Shown: positions 25,588-34,728 of the stretch, piece by piece | How the letters are laid out: the number at the start of each line of letters is the position of its first letter | How positions within the stretch are numbered: position 1 is the first letter of the stretch | Source of the DNA: a virus | Direction: 5' to 3' (one strand) | Length of the DNA stretch: 64,000 nucleotides | Virus record (IMG/VR): IMGVR_UViG_3300037200_000120 | Coordinates: 34,893 to 98,892 of that record | Notes under the pieces: model-generated | Told to the model about the DNA's origin: nothing | Database searches by the model: none | The model's input: the letters and a program-made list of their open reading frames with translations, nothing else | Position numbers and translations under genes: made by a program

Positions 25588-27705
25588 TCAGACGCCAGGC
25601 CATTATTTCACCCTCGGTCGCTATCCCGAAGATCGTCCACTGAGGACTGCTGAACGTTTCCGCTCAGAGAAGACCATATCATGATCTCTCGAAAGAGACC
25701 CTGCGCACTTCCCGCCGCTTGGCGGTACTCCCCGAAGGGATGGCCGTTGAACCTTCCGCTCATTGAGCGGCTCGGCTGCTGATTGTCCAATCTAGTTGCT
25801 TTTCAAACTATCGCGCCCGCCGTTGCCGGCCACGCTGTAGTGAACTAGCTCTAAGGATGTTCCAGCAATTCACGCAGTTATTCGACAGTAGTCGCCTACT
25901 GAAGGACCCAATATGTGGCGTCACATATAGTAACGAGTCCCGTAGATCCCGCGGAAGTCGCTCCAACCGCAAGAATAACGCTCGTAACAAGCCGCTTTGG
26001 CGTTCTTGGTATCGACGCTTATGTTCGATTTGGATAGCAACTCCAAACCCGTCCTAAGTGGACTGCCTCATATTACTATGAGGGCCAGACTATATCATCA
26101 TCCTGAATACTCAGGAGTGGGGCGCTTCGGCTCGCTTGAGCCTACGATCTCGCGATCTAGTCGTTGCACCTTCCGTCTCTCGACGGCTTGGCTCAGGATT
26201 GTCCCCGGCACCACCCGGTAGGAGATTCCCTGAGTTCACCCCATTCTTCGATGCGAGTCACCCCGCAAAGGACCTAATTCCAAAGAATTGAGTCGTTGTC
26301 CTGATCGCTAACTATTCGAAATGAATCGCTAATTCATCCCCGGCTTGCGCCTGCTGCACGTTTCCGCGCAGAGTGGACTATATCTTCATCTATTCAATAC
26401 TGAATAGAGCTAGGAACTTCGGCCCGCTTGGGCCTACGGTCTCGCGACCTAGTCTCTGAACCTTCATCACGATATTACATGATGCTTGGCTGCTGATTGC
26501 CCAATCCTGCAAATTTTCAAACCGTCACGCTCGCCGTTACCAGCCACGTTGTGGTTTTGCAGGCTCTAAGGGTGTTCCAGCAATTCACCTAGTTTAGACA
26601 GCTCCAATCATTAAAGCTGATGCCCTCGCGCTCGTACCACATCATCCCGCGCGGGATATTCGTCCTGATAAACCAGGCGGTCGCGCTGGAGAAATAGTGG
26701 CTGGCGAAGATCCCCTTCGGGAAAGCTCCCATGGCGCGCATCACGTTGATGTTGTTGTTCGCCGTGTCGCTCTGAAGCACGCTCTTGTAGATGCGGTTAG
26801 CTTCGAAGATGAGCTGATAGGGGATATGGAGGGACTGAGGAAGCGCGGAGATTTTCAGCCCGCGCGAATTGACCGTGAGGCCGACCTGGATCAGCAGATC
26901 CTCGATTGCGGTTTCGGACAAGTCCGCCGCCGTCGTGAGGAGATTCGACTGAGAGCCGCCGACAGTCGGATGCGCATTGTTGATCATGCACGTTCCGTCG
27001 CCGCCCGTATAGGCCGTGTTGAATGCACGGTTGTAGACGTTGGCCGCGATGTTTTCCTTGGTCTGCCGCATCGAGAACGCCAATTGCTGGGCGCGACGCT
27101 TGCTGACCACTTCGTAGAGATCGTCTTTCAACTCTTCGTACGTGACGATGTAGCCGAGAGCATAGGCGACGTTCGTATAGCGAGTGACCGAACCCTGGGT
27201 TTCGGTGTCGTACACGATCGAAGTGCCTTCGTTCTTGACCGGCGCCAAGCCGAAGCCGGTGATTTCGACCTCTTCTTCGTACGCCTTGTCTGAGGTGTCC
27301 TGCTCGAACAGATCCGACCATTCGGAAACGTGTTCGTCGTAGGAACGCCCCCACCAAGCCGCGATTCCTGGCCAAAGGGCCTTCGCTTGTTTGTTCGACG
27401 CAATTCGCTAGATTGCGCCCGTCGCTCTAAACGCGACCGCTGCATATCGCTATGCAGGCCTGACTATCTCTTGCCCCTCAATTGATCGATAGGGGCCGCA
27501 CCATTTCGGCTCGCTTGAGCCTACGGCCTTTCGGCCTAGTCGATGAACCTTACGACGTGCTATGATCGTCGTCTTGGCTGCTGATTGTCCGATCGTCGGA
27601 ATCAGAACGAGCGGAGTTCCCGGCAATTAAATGCGATCCCATTGCGCATTACGGCGCAATGGCCCGAGTTTATGCAGGATGTGTGCCTGTAGTAATAACG
27701 GCCAT
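25588..27705 (-). CDS. Major capsid protein, spliced: exons 27705-27676, 27383-26614, 26307-26291, 26015-25936, 25599-25588 (302 aa)
   Basis: RBS AGGAGG + ATG 27705; joined exons give one open frame MAVITTGTHP|KALWPGIAAWWG...EREGISF|DQDNDF|DTKNAKAACYERYSCGWSDFRGIYGT|PGV* (both F codons span junctions); lies downstream of the scaffold gene. Confidence 0.9.
25600..25935 (-). mobile_element. Group I intron 4 in major capsid gene (336 nt, no ORF)
   Basis: P1 GGACU/GGUCC; AAUUGCUGGAA, AAUCAGCAG; covariant P7 GGCCA/UGGUC; GACGCCA pairs with exon 5 UGGCGUC; terminal G. Confidence 0.88.
26016..26290 (-). mobile_element. Group I intron 3 in major capsid gene (275 nt, no ORF)
   Basis: P1 GACU/GGUC; AACUCAGGGAA, AAUCCUGAG, GUGCAACGACUA, AUGAUAUAGUC; terminal G. 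Confidence 0.9.
26308..26613 (-). mobile_element. Group I intron 2 in major capsid gene (306 nt, no ORF)
   Basis: P1 CAGCUU/GAGCUG with U-G at the splice site; P10 GAUUG/CGAUC; AAUUGCUGGAA, AAUCAGCAG, GUUCAGAGACUA, AAGAUAUAGUC; terminal G. Confidence 0.92.
27384..27675 (-). mobile_element. Group I intron 1 in major capsid gene (292 nt, no ORF)
   Basis: Exon ends in U, intron ends in G; core motifs AAUUGCCGGGAA, AAUCAGCAG, GUUCAUCGACUA, AAGAGAUAGUC; two hairpins after the 5' strand of P7. Confidence 0.9.
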
Positions 27706-27735
27706 GTCGGCCTCCTATGTTTCTCCAGCCAGCCC

Positions 27736-28365
27736 TTATTCGCCGGTGGTGTTGGTGAACTGATGCAGGTTGATCGATGTCAGCCACTTGGCGTTGGTCC
27801 CAAGAACGTTGTCGGCCTGTTCCAGCAATCTGAGAACGCGCATCTGAAGCGCGCTGGTCGAGAGCGAGGCGGAACCCAACTGCCAGCCGGAATATCCGGT
27901 GACGGTGGAACCCGCGCCCGCGACGAGATCGACGTTCTTGCCGGGCCCCGGAACGGAGCCGGCGGTCGGGGTCGCGCCCGCCATGTTGCCGTTTTCCTGC
28001 GCCTCGAAGAGCAGGAACGGATCGTCGGCGACCAGGATATACCCGGCCGTCAGCGCCGGCAGATAGACGTTGCTGGCCTGAGTAATCGGGATGATCGGCT
28101 CGCCGCCGTTGACCCGACCCACGACGGAGCCGATCAGGCCATAGGTGCCGATGCCGGAATCGGTGCCGTTGCCAGCGGTGATGATTTGAACGGCGGGGAT
28201 GCCGTTACCGTCGGCCGAACCGCTCAGGATTTGAACGGGATCGCCGATGTAGAGCGCCGTAGCATTGGCCGCCGGAACGTAATAGATGTTCGCGGCGCCG
28301 TTGTACGGGGCTCCTGACCTGTAGCGGTAGGGGATGAGCCCGCGCGCTACGACAGCGTTAGCCAT
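27736..28365 (-). CDS. Capsid-associated (decoration/cement-like) protein
   Basis: Immediately upstream of MCP; ALYIGDPV...YILVADDPFLLFEAQ pattern. Confidence 0.6.
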   Translation of the reverse strand: MANAVVARGLIPYRYRSGAPYNGAANIYYVPAANATALYIGDPVQILSGSADGNGIPAVQIITAGNGTDSGIGTYGLIGSVVGRVNGGEPIIPITQASNVYLPALTAGYILVADDPFLLFEAQENGNMAGATPTAGSVPGPGKNVDLVAGAGSTVTGYSGWQLGSASLSTSALQMRVLRLLEQADNVLGTNAKWLTSINLHQFTNTTGE

Positions 28366-28474
28366 GGGGCTAATCCTTCATGTCGGAGTTTTGGTAGCCG
28401 CTGGCATGATTGGCTGCGGCGCGAAATCGCTGTTGATTGACCCGGAAGAACGAGCCGGGGCCGATGCTCTATGG

Positions 28475-29146
28475 CTATCGACGGGCGTGCGTGGTCGAGA
28501 TCTTGATCCCCCGACCTTCCGAACTGGGGTAGAAACGTTTCTGATCCACCGCGTCCTTGGCGTTGACCATGCCGCGGCGAATGGCGTCCTCGCGCTGGGC
28601 GACATCCTGCTCTTGAGCGGCCATGTCGTCGGCGTGCCATTCCTCGGGGATTTCAAGGAGATGGGAATATTGCGGGACGCCGCCTTCGCGGACGCCGGTC
28701 ACGCGCTGGACGTTCTTGCCTCTGGCATCCTTGACCGGAGTCCAACCGCCTTCTTCGAGTGCGAATTCGATACGACCTGGATTGTCGACGAACCAGTGAC
28801 GATAATAGCCGGGACGGGAGGGATAGGCGAGCTTCTGTTGCGTGGACCCGAACGGGCGCCGATTGGCGCGGGTGCGGCGCGGCGCGTCCGAGGAGGCGTC
28901 GGCCGTGACGCCAGCGCCGACAGGGAGGGCATCCGAAGGCAACGGAGAGGCGCTGGCTCCTTCGAGGCCCTGATTGGCCGCTGAGGGGCTCTGAGCGGCT
29001 TGCTGGGCTTGCGGCGGAGCTGGGTTGACCCCCGCGAGTTGAACGGCGCGGGCGGCGCGCATTTCCTTGGTGAAACCGCGAGGGCGCGGAGCGTCGTGTT
29101 GGGCTGCGTCGGTCATTGATCGATCCTCGCTCATTATTCCGGCCAC
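28475..29146 (-). CDS. Conserved hypothetical head-module protein
   Basis: RPGYYRHWFVD.PGRI...GW...LLEIPEEW motif; between scaffold and capsid genes. Confidence 0.6.
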   Translation of the reverse strand: MAGIMSEDRSMTDAAQHDAPRPRGFTKEMRAARAVQLAGVNPAPPQAQQAAQSPSAANQGLEGASASPLPSDALPVGAGVTADASSDAPRRTRANRRPFGSTQQKLAYPSRPGYYRHWFVDNPGRIEFALEEGGWTPVKDARGKNVQRVTGVREGGVPQYSHLLEIPEEWHADDMAAQEQDVAQREDAIRRGMVNAKDAVDQKRFYPSSEGRGIKISTTHARR

Positions 29147-30033
29147 TCGTACAGCGAGACGTATTCATCGCGGGTGAATGGCTTCTTCAGGTGGGCCATT
29201 TGCTTGACTTGCTTGTCGCAAGCCTTCTTGGCTTCCGGAGGAAGGTTTTCGAAGGAATGCGCGTTCTTCTGCCGGGCCGGGGCGCCGTTGGAGGTTCCCA
29301 CGGCGGTCGGCGCGGCACGGCGCGCATTGCCGGCGTCCTCGGTCGTGACGGTCCTGCCGAACTTCTCGGGATGCAAGCGCTGGACCTCCGCTTTGACTTT
29401 GGCGAGCCTGGCCGTGATTGTCAGCGTCGGCTCGTCTTCGCGCAGATCATTGTCGATCGAAGTCGCGGCGCGCTTCAACTGGCGATCATCGTTGAACCAA
29501 GGGTTGGCGTCGATCCACGTTTGAACCTCGGGGGCCAGTTTTACGGCGCCTTGCGTTTCTGCGGCGGACACGACCTTCTTCGGCGGTTCCGGCTTCGCCT
29601 CGTCGAGTTCCTTGAGCTTGGCCTCGACGCCCTTGACGGCGCCGACGTCGGCTTGCGTGATCGCGGTTTCCCGCTGCGCTTCCAATTCGGCGCGGGCTTT
29701 CTCGTAAGCCCGAATTTCGGCCCTGGTCGCGAACTCCCGATAGCCGTTGAACGCCTCCGCCATTTCGGCGAGCTGGCGTTCCATCTTGCCATATTTGTCG
29801 TCCATCGTCCGCAAGGTCTTCTTGAGGACAGGCATGGATTCGGTGGCGATCTCGATATATTGCTCGGGAGGAATCCACTTGTCCTCTGGACCTTTGTACT
29901 GGTCCTTGGGACGCCAGCCCATGCGAAAGGCGCGGGCCTCGATATCGATCTGAGGCGCGGCAGCGGTCTGACTTTCGGCGCCGGCGGTTTCGGTTTCGGC
30001 GCTCGTTTGATCCGCGCCAACTTCGACTTCCAT
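29134..30033 (-). CDS. Scaffolding protein
   Basis: EARAFRMGWRPKDQY...coiled coil...WIDANPWF...TRDEYV; typical of podophage scaffolds. Confidence 0.7.
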   Translation of the reverse strand: MEVEVGADQTSAETETAGAESQTAAAPQIDIEARAFRMGWRPKDQYKGPEDKWIPPEQYIEIATESMPVLKKTLRTMDDKYGKMERQLAEMAEAFNGYREFATRAEIRAYEKARAELEAQRETAITQADVGAVKGVEAKLKELDEAKPEPPKKVVSAAETQGAVKLAPEVQTWIDANPWFNDDRQLKRAATSIDNDLREDEPTLTITARLAKVKAEVQRLHPEKFGRTVTTEDAGNARRAAPTAVGTSNGAPARQKNAHSFENLPPEAKKACDKQVKQMAHLKKPFTRDEYVSLYEWPE

Positions 30034-30223
30034 TGTTACTTGATCTCCTTGATAGTGGGGCCGCTAGTGACACCCACGGAACTTGCCAACCCACGACCCG
30101 CGAGAACTCGATGGATCGTCTCGCCGACCGCATGAACGGGAACTAGAGTTGGACTCGCTGGCTCGGCGGATCGCGCCTTGCGCTCGGCGTAGGCTCTGGC
30201 GAAGTCGCGCTCGGTCTGATGCA

Positions 30224-31039
30224 TTAGACGAATCCGTCGCCGAACGCGCGGACTCGCGGCCGAGCGCAATCGTCGACCGGCTTACCATCAGGTCCATCAT
30301 TTATGACTGGAGCCGCCTCTTCCCTGATCTCGATCGTCCCGAGGTCGGGTTGATCGCCCTTCCTCAGTTTGGCCAACGCACCCCAGTCGAATGTCGCAAC
30401 CTTAACCGGGTCCAATGTCGCGAACCTAACCGGATGATCGACAGGCATCCGCCACAGACAATCGAGAACCGCATTCCTGTACGCGTAGCCGCGCCCCTTG
30501 TCGTCGCGAATAATGCAAGGAGCGGGCATATCGTTCCATGCGGCGTGGCCGTCCTTCACCACGATTGCAACCTCGTGGATGCAATTGTGAAGGTTTTCGA
30601 AGAGCGTGATTTCTCGCTCTTCCTCGGAGCATTCCCTGATCTCGATCGCCCCGATGCAGTTCTGTTCGCATAGCCGATAGACCTTGCCATCCTTGCCGAG
30701 AACGAGTTGGCCGGAATAGCGCTGCATGTAGATCCGGTCGCCGGGCGAAGGCTTCAACCCTTCCCATCGGCGGGTACGATCGGCATTCCAGAGATAAGCA
30801 TCGGAACCGAGCGCGACGACGACGCCGGATTCGGCGGCCATAGACATCCGATCGGTCGTTTCGACGGTCAGGACTATACCGCCGCTGGTCTTTTCCGCCG
30901 CGCAATCGGGCGCGATCAGCACCATATCCCCGAGGGGATGATAGCCGGACTCGTTGGAGCCGGTCCATTCGGCGGCGACGAATTCGTGTTGCTGGGAGGA
31001 CTTGAGAAGACGGGGCTTGACTTGATCGTGAGGCTTCAT
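30224..31039 (-). CDS. groES: GroES-like co-chaperonin with C-terminal extension
   Basis: PLGDMVLI...EKTSGGIVL...GVVVALG...PGDRI...YSG motif. Confidence 0.8.
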   Translation of the reverse strand: MKPHDQVKPRLLKSSQQHEFVAAEWTGSNESGYHPLGDMVLIAPDCAAEKTSGGIVLTVETTDRMSMAAESGVVVALGSDAYLWNADRTRRWEGLKPSPGDRIYMQRYSGQLVLGKDGKVYRLCEQNCIGAIEIRECSEEEREITLFENLHNCIHEVAIVVKDGHAAWNDMPAPCIIRDDKGRGYAYRNAVLDCLWRMPVDHPVRFATLDPVKVATFDWGALAKLRKGDQPDLGTIEIREEAAPVINDGPDGKPVDDCARPRVRAFGDGFV

Positions 31040-31335
31040 AGTTGTTCTGGGGTTGCGGGCTCAGCCTCTTCGTCTGGCCCTGGATAGAAAGTAACCATCG
31101 ACGCGAACGTAAGTTCAGCGATATCGTCGAGTTGCGCGACACGGCCTCTGATTTCGAGATCGCGAACTTCCTCGGTTTTGCCGGCCAACCATTCGGCGAG
31201 ATGCTGTTGGACCAAAGCGCCGCGGAAGTCGGCGAAATACTGCGCGACGACCTTGGAAACGGGATGATGCTTCCAGAGTTTGAAGTCTTGTTCGTTGACG
31301 CCAGAGACGATGGGGGTGGCTGGTTCAGCGCTCAT
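31036..31335 (-). CDS. Hypothetical phage protein
   Basis: FKLWKHHPVSK motif seen in small genes downstream of portals; start inferred. Confidence 0.5.
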   Translation of the reverse strand: MSAEPATPIVSGVNEQDFKLWKHHPVSKVVAQYFADFRGALVQQHLAEWLAGKTEEVRDLEIRGRVAQLDDIAELTFASMVTFYPGPDEEAEPATPEQL

Positions 31336-31571
31336 CGATCTGGATGCCATCTTTGATCTGGTGACAACGACGCGTACCACTCAAGGAAGTTCAACTTGCG
31401 TTCATCGTCATGGCGGACTAGGTCGCTAATAGGTTCGATCGCATCAAGCATACCGCCGCGCCGCGTCCACGCTTTGTCACCATCGATAGCCACGATGATC
31501 GCTGTAGCGCCAGTACGCGATATGTGGCAGACCAAGTCGCCACGTTTGAAGTTGAGCGGCTCGTCAGACAT
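31332..31571 (-). CDS. Hypothetical protein
   Basis: FKRGDLV SH3-like start; overlaps neighbours. Confidence 0.4.
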   Translation of the reverse strand: MSDEPLNFKRGDLVCHISRTGATAIIVAIDGDKAWTRRGGMLDAIEPISDLVRHDDERKLNFLEWYASLSPDQRWHPDR

Positions 31572-31817
31572 AGATCACAGCCTTGACGCCATCGGCGCCG
31601 ATCACGGGCTTGTTGCGGAGCACGATGGGAGCCCGGTTCCGTTCCCATCGACTCGGATTGCGGATACCGTCGGCGATGGCCTCGAGGATAGCTCGCTCGC
31701 GCAGAGATTTGGCTTCCGGCAGGCGATCAAGCTTGTCGGCAAGGGCGCGAGCCGGCGTCGAGAGATAGCCGGCCGCCGCGGTCTGGAACGCAGGCGACAG
31801 ATAGTTGGGGTCGAATG

Positions 31818-32123
31818 TCATTTCGGAAAATTCGCCACAAAGAGTTTCGTCAGATCGCCGGGATGAAACGCGTTCGACGGTATATCCTCGACACGCTTGC
31901 CGTCGGCCAAGAGATACGGCGGCGGCTCGAATTCGCTGACGCCACAGCCAGGAATGGCTCGGAGAATCGCGGCGCCGAACTTGTCGCGATCGATCTCCAT
32001 CACGATCTTGAGGCCGTTGCCGTCGGTCGCGGTCGACTGGATAGCGGCGATCATGGCGTCCAACGCGGACATGAACGGCTTTTCTCGGATAACGATCATG
32101 TCGGGACCAATTCGTTTGTTCAT
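31818..32123 (-). CDS. Hypothetical protein
   Basis: Start overlaps the portal stop codon. Confidence 0.4.
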   Translation of the reverse strand: MNKRIGPDMIVIREKPFMSALDAMIAAIQSTATDGNGLKIVMEIDRDKFGAAILRAIPGCGVSEFEPPPYLLADGKRVEDIPSNAFHPGDLTKLFVANFPK

Positions 32124-34423
32124 GGAGTAACCGCGCCTTGAGCCTGGGGCGCAGCGCCGGGCTGGCCCGTCGAGGCGTCGATCTCCGCGCTGGGATCGTT
32201 CGCCGCCGCGGTTCCGGCAAGCCCGGCGTTGGCTTGGGCATCCATCGCCGTCTTGATCACGTCCAACTGATGCGTGGCCCAGGCCACGTCACTCTGCCCG
32301 ACAGCCTTATCCGCATTGGCCAGGGCCAGAATAGCCTGAGCCCGGAAGTTCAACGCCTTGGCCTGTTCGGATTCGATCAGCGCGGCGTCGTGACGCTCCC
32401 TGAGCTGAAGCCCAGCTTCTTTTTCGGCCTGCTGCATATCCACGGTTTGCTTCTTGATCAGCAGTTCCTGCATCTTCGCCACGATCGCAGGATTCGGCGG
32501 CGGGTTCGCGGTAAAGAGATCGTCGATGTTTTCGATTTGCGCCGCTTCGAGATTGCGGCGGACCAGCTTCTTCTGATCGAATAGCGGATTGCCTTCGTAT
32601 TGTTTGAGAAACCCGGCGCGGCCGAGTTTCTGCATATCCGTGACCATCGTCGGATCGGAGACCGGCTCGACGCCAGAGCCCCTCTCGTAATCCGCACGGG
32701 TGATCTTGCGCCAGTCAGATCCGACCTTGTATTCGGTGTCCTGGTCGAGATAGAGCCGGTTCAAGCGATAGAGCTTGGCGAGCTCCGCTTTGAGCGAGCG
32801 ATGAACCCGCTTGTAGATCGCAGTGAACGTCTTCAACCCCTGTTCGACCATCGCGAGCATCGTCGTGGCAGGCGTATTGGCTGGCATCGCTTCGCCGGTT
32901 AGGACATCCTTGACCCCTGCCACTTCCTTGCCAGCTTCGATCAAGAGGCCGAGCAGCTTGAACAGCACTTCATTCGGGCCCGGAGCCGGGAGCGGCACCA
33001 GTGAATCCCGAACCGATTGGCCAGGCGAGTTGACCGGCTTCCACTCGCCGGGCTGAAACCGGATCTGGCCGGAATTCATCGACAAGCCCTTGCCGATGAA
33101 CCCGCCGCCGACCACGGCGAGATGACCGGCATCGATCATCATGTTGAGCGTCGTGTTGATCGAGGCGTTCAGCGACTTCAATAGTTGCCCGAAGCCAAGA
33201 CCGTATATACCGCCTTCCGTGTTCGGAAGGAAGTTGTAAATCGTGTAATAGTGAACCGGATCGATCTTTTGAATCCGGCCCTTGGTGAAGTTGTACTTTA
33301 TTCCGTCCAACTCGAACCGGGCCACAATCCTGACGACTTTTTGTGATTCCTGGTGAACGGTGACGATATACGGTTCAGGATAGCCGTCATCATCCATATC
33401 ATACCAACGATGCTGCTCCAAGAACAGAATAGGAGCATCAGTATCGCCGTCTTGACCCGTCTGCGGATACGTGATTTCCAGCCAAGTGCCGGCAAGTTCC
33501 TTCTCCTTGATTTCCAAGGGATAGAACGTGATAAGTTCCGTAAGGCGAGGCGCAATTTCCAGCGCTCTGGCCTTGTAATTGATGCAGAGGTCTTTGGCCT
33601 GCACCATCAGGCTCGAATTACGATCCTTGTCGGCGTCGAAGAACGACTTCCGGAACACGCACCCCACGATCGGGAGGATATGCAGGAGTTGATCGGTTTC
33701 CGGCTCCCATTCCGGTTGCTCGTCGAGGAGCTGCCAGGACATGTGTTCGCCGACGCGATCGGCTCGGGTTTGTTTGTAGCCGGGAACCTGGGGCGTGCCG
33801 TCCTTGCCGACCATCCATTGTGACGGGTCGTTGGGATCGGCTTGTAGCGGAGGACCGCCGTTGTGACCTATGCCGGGAGGCGCCGGCGCTTGACCGGGAG
33901 GAGCGCCGGGTTGTGGCGGCTGCTGTTGCGCTTTGGCCGCAGCGGCGGCGGCCACCGCTTGCGGATTGGGAACGCCGTCGTCGGACCCGATGACGACGCC
34001 TTTGACGACTTCCTTCCCGGCGATGATAGCGGGATAGGCGCGAGCCGCGAACTGAATCGCCGCGGTCGTCATCAACGGGAAGATCACGGCCGATGCTTTC
34101 GGCCATGGGTACGACTTCGGCTCCGCTTGCTGCATCGCAAGCTTCATCGCTTCCTCAGACTTGTCCAGCCATTCGGAGCGCGAGTTTTCGTCGATGTCGT
34201 ATTCTCGGCAGACCAGGGCGCCGATCTTGATCAGTTCGTTATCGTCGGGGCCATCGGCTTCCAGCGCGATATTGTTGGAATTGGCCCAGCGATGGAGGCG
34301 TTCGAGGACTTCGGGCTCAGGCGGCTTCAGCGAGGCAAGCTTCGGCGAGCCGTCAGGCGCTATCGGGTTGTCGTCGTCAGTGTCCGCGTCGCCGAGATCG
34401 GCGAGGCCCGAGAGATCGTTCAC
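32120..34423 (-). CDS. Portal protein (P22-like)
   Basis: 767 aa; SRSEW...PWPKAS...TAAIQFAARAY; YGLGFG; NMMIDAG; downstream of terminase. Confidence 0.9.
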   Translation of the reverse strand: MNDLSGLADLGDADTDDDNPIAPDGSPKLASLKPPEPEVLERLHRWANSNNIALEADGPDDNELIKIGALVCREYDIDENSRSEWLDKSEEAMKLAMQQAEPKSYPWPKASAVIFPLMTTAAIQFAARAYPAIIAGKEVVKGVVIGSDDGVPNPQAVAAAAAAKAQQQPPQPGAPPGQAPAPPGIGHNGGPPLQADPNDPSQWMVGKDGTPQVPGYKQTRADRVGEHMSWQLLDEQPEWEPETDQLLHILPIVGCVFRKSFFDADKDRNSSLMVQAKDLCINYKARALEIAPRLTELITFYPLEIKEKELAGTWLEITYPQTGQDGDTDAPILFLEQHRWYDMDDDGYPEPYIVTVHQESQKVVRIVARFELDGIKYNFTKGRIQKIDPVHYYTIYNFLPNTEGGIYGLGFGQLLKSLNASINTTLNMMIDAGHLAVVGGGFIGKGLSMNSGQIRFQPGEWKPVNSPGQSVRDSLVPLPAPGPNEVLFKLLGLLIEAGKEVAGVKDVLTGEAMPANTPATTMLAMVEQGLKTFTAIYKRVHRSLKAELAKLYRLNRLYLDQDTEYKVGSDWRKITRADYERGSGVEPVSDPTMVTDMQKLGRAGFLKQYEGNPLFDQKKLVRRNLEAAQIENIDDLFTANPPPNPAIVAKMQELLIKKQTVDMQQAEKEAGLQLRERHDAALIESEQAKALNFRAQAILALANADKAVGQSDVAWATHQLDVIKTAMDAQANAGLAGTAAANDPSAEIDASTGQPGAAPQAQGAVTP

Positions 34424-34728
34424 GCCGCGCCGTTACCGGATGGTCGCGTGCAAATCTCGCCGTCCCCGTCTATCGCCTTCGCAAACCTTCGAACCATTCT
34501 ACCAATCGCGGCGTCGAGATGCCACGCTTGGCCAGCAGAAGCGCAGAAATCGCTTTCGATGGATTCCCCGCTCAGATCGCGCTTCATGACGACCGCGACC
34601 GCGGCGCCAACCACGATTCCGGCTTTCGCCTGTTCGAGATATTCTTCGAAAATCGCGACGATATTAGCCACCGGCTCGCCGTGTGGCGTCGGCACCGAAT
34701 AGCCGGGAAGGGCGACGACTTTGCTCAT
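34420..34728 (-). CDS. Hypothetical protein
   Basis: Overlaps portal start; plausible composition. Confidence 0.5.
   Translation of the reverse strand: MSKVVALPGYSVPTPHGEPVANIVAIFEEYLEQAKAGIVVGAAVAVVMKRDLSGESIESDFCASAGQAWHLDAAIGRMVRRFAKAIDGDGEICTRPSGNGAA

Noticed and set aside
24755-25599. Endonuclease lying inside a longer intron 4 with a distal 3' splice site
   Set aside because: No G precedes the distal PGVSGA* in a frame-restoring position, whereas 25600 gives a terminal G, P10 pairing and a correct frame.
26589-27248. 219-aa ORF taken as the complete capsid protein or as a pseudogene
   Set aside because: It is an internal part of exon 2; its NDWSCLN tail is intron 2 sequence, and splicing restores a full frame.
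25600-27675. CRISPR array suggested by recurring short motifs
   Set aside because: The repeats are conserved intron core elements at irregular spacing; no cas genes are present.
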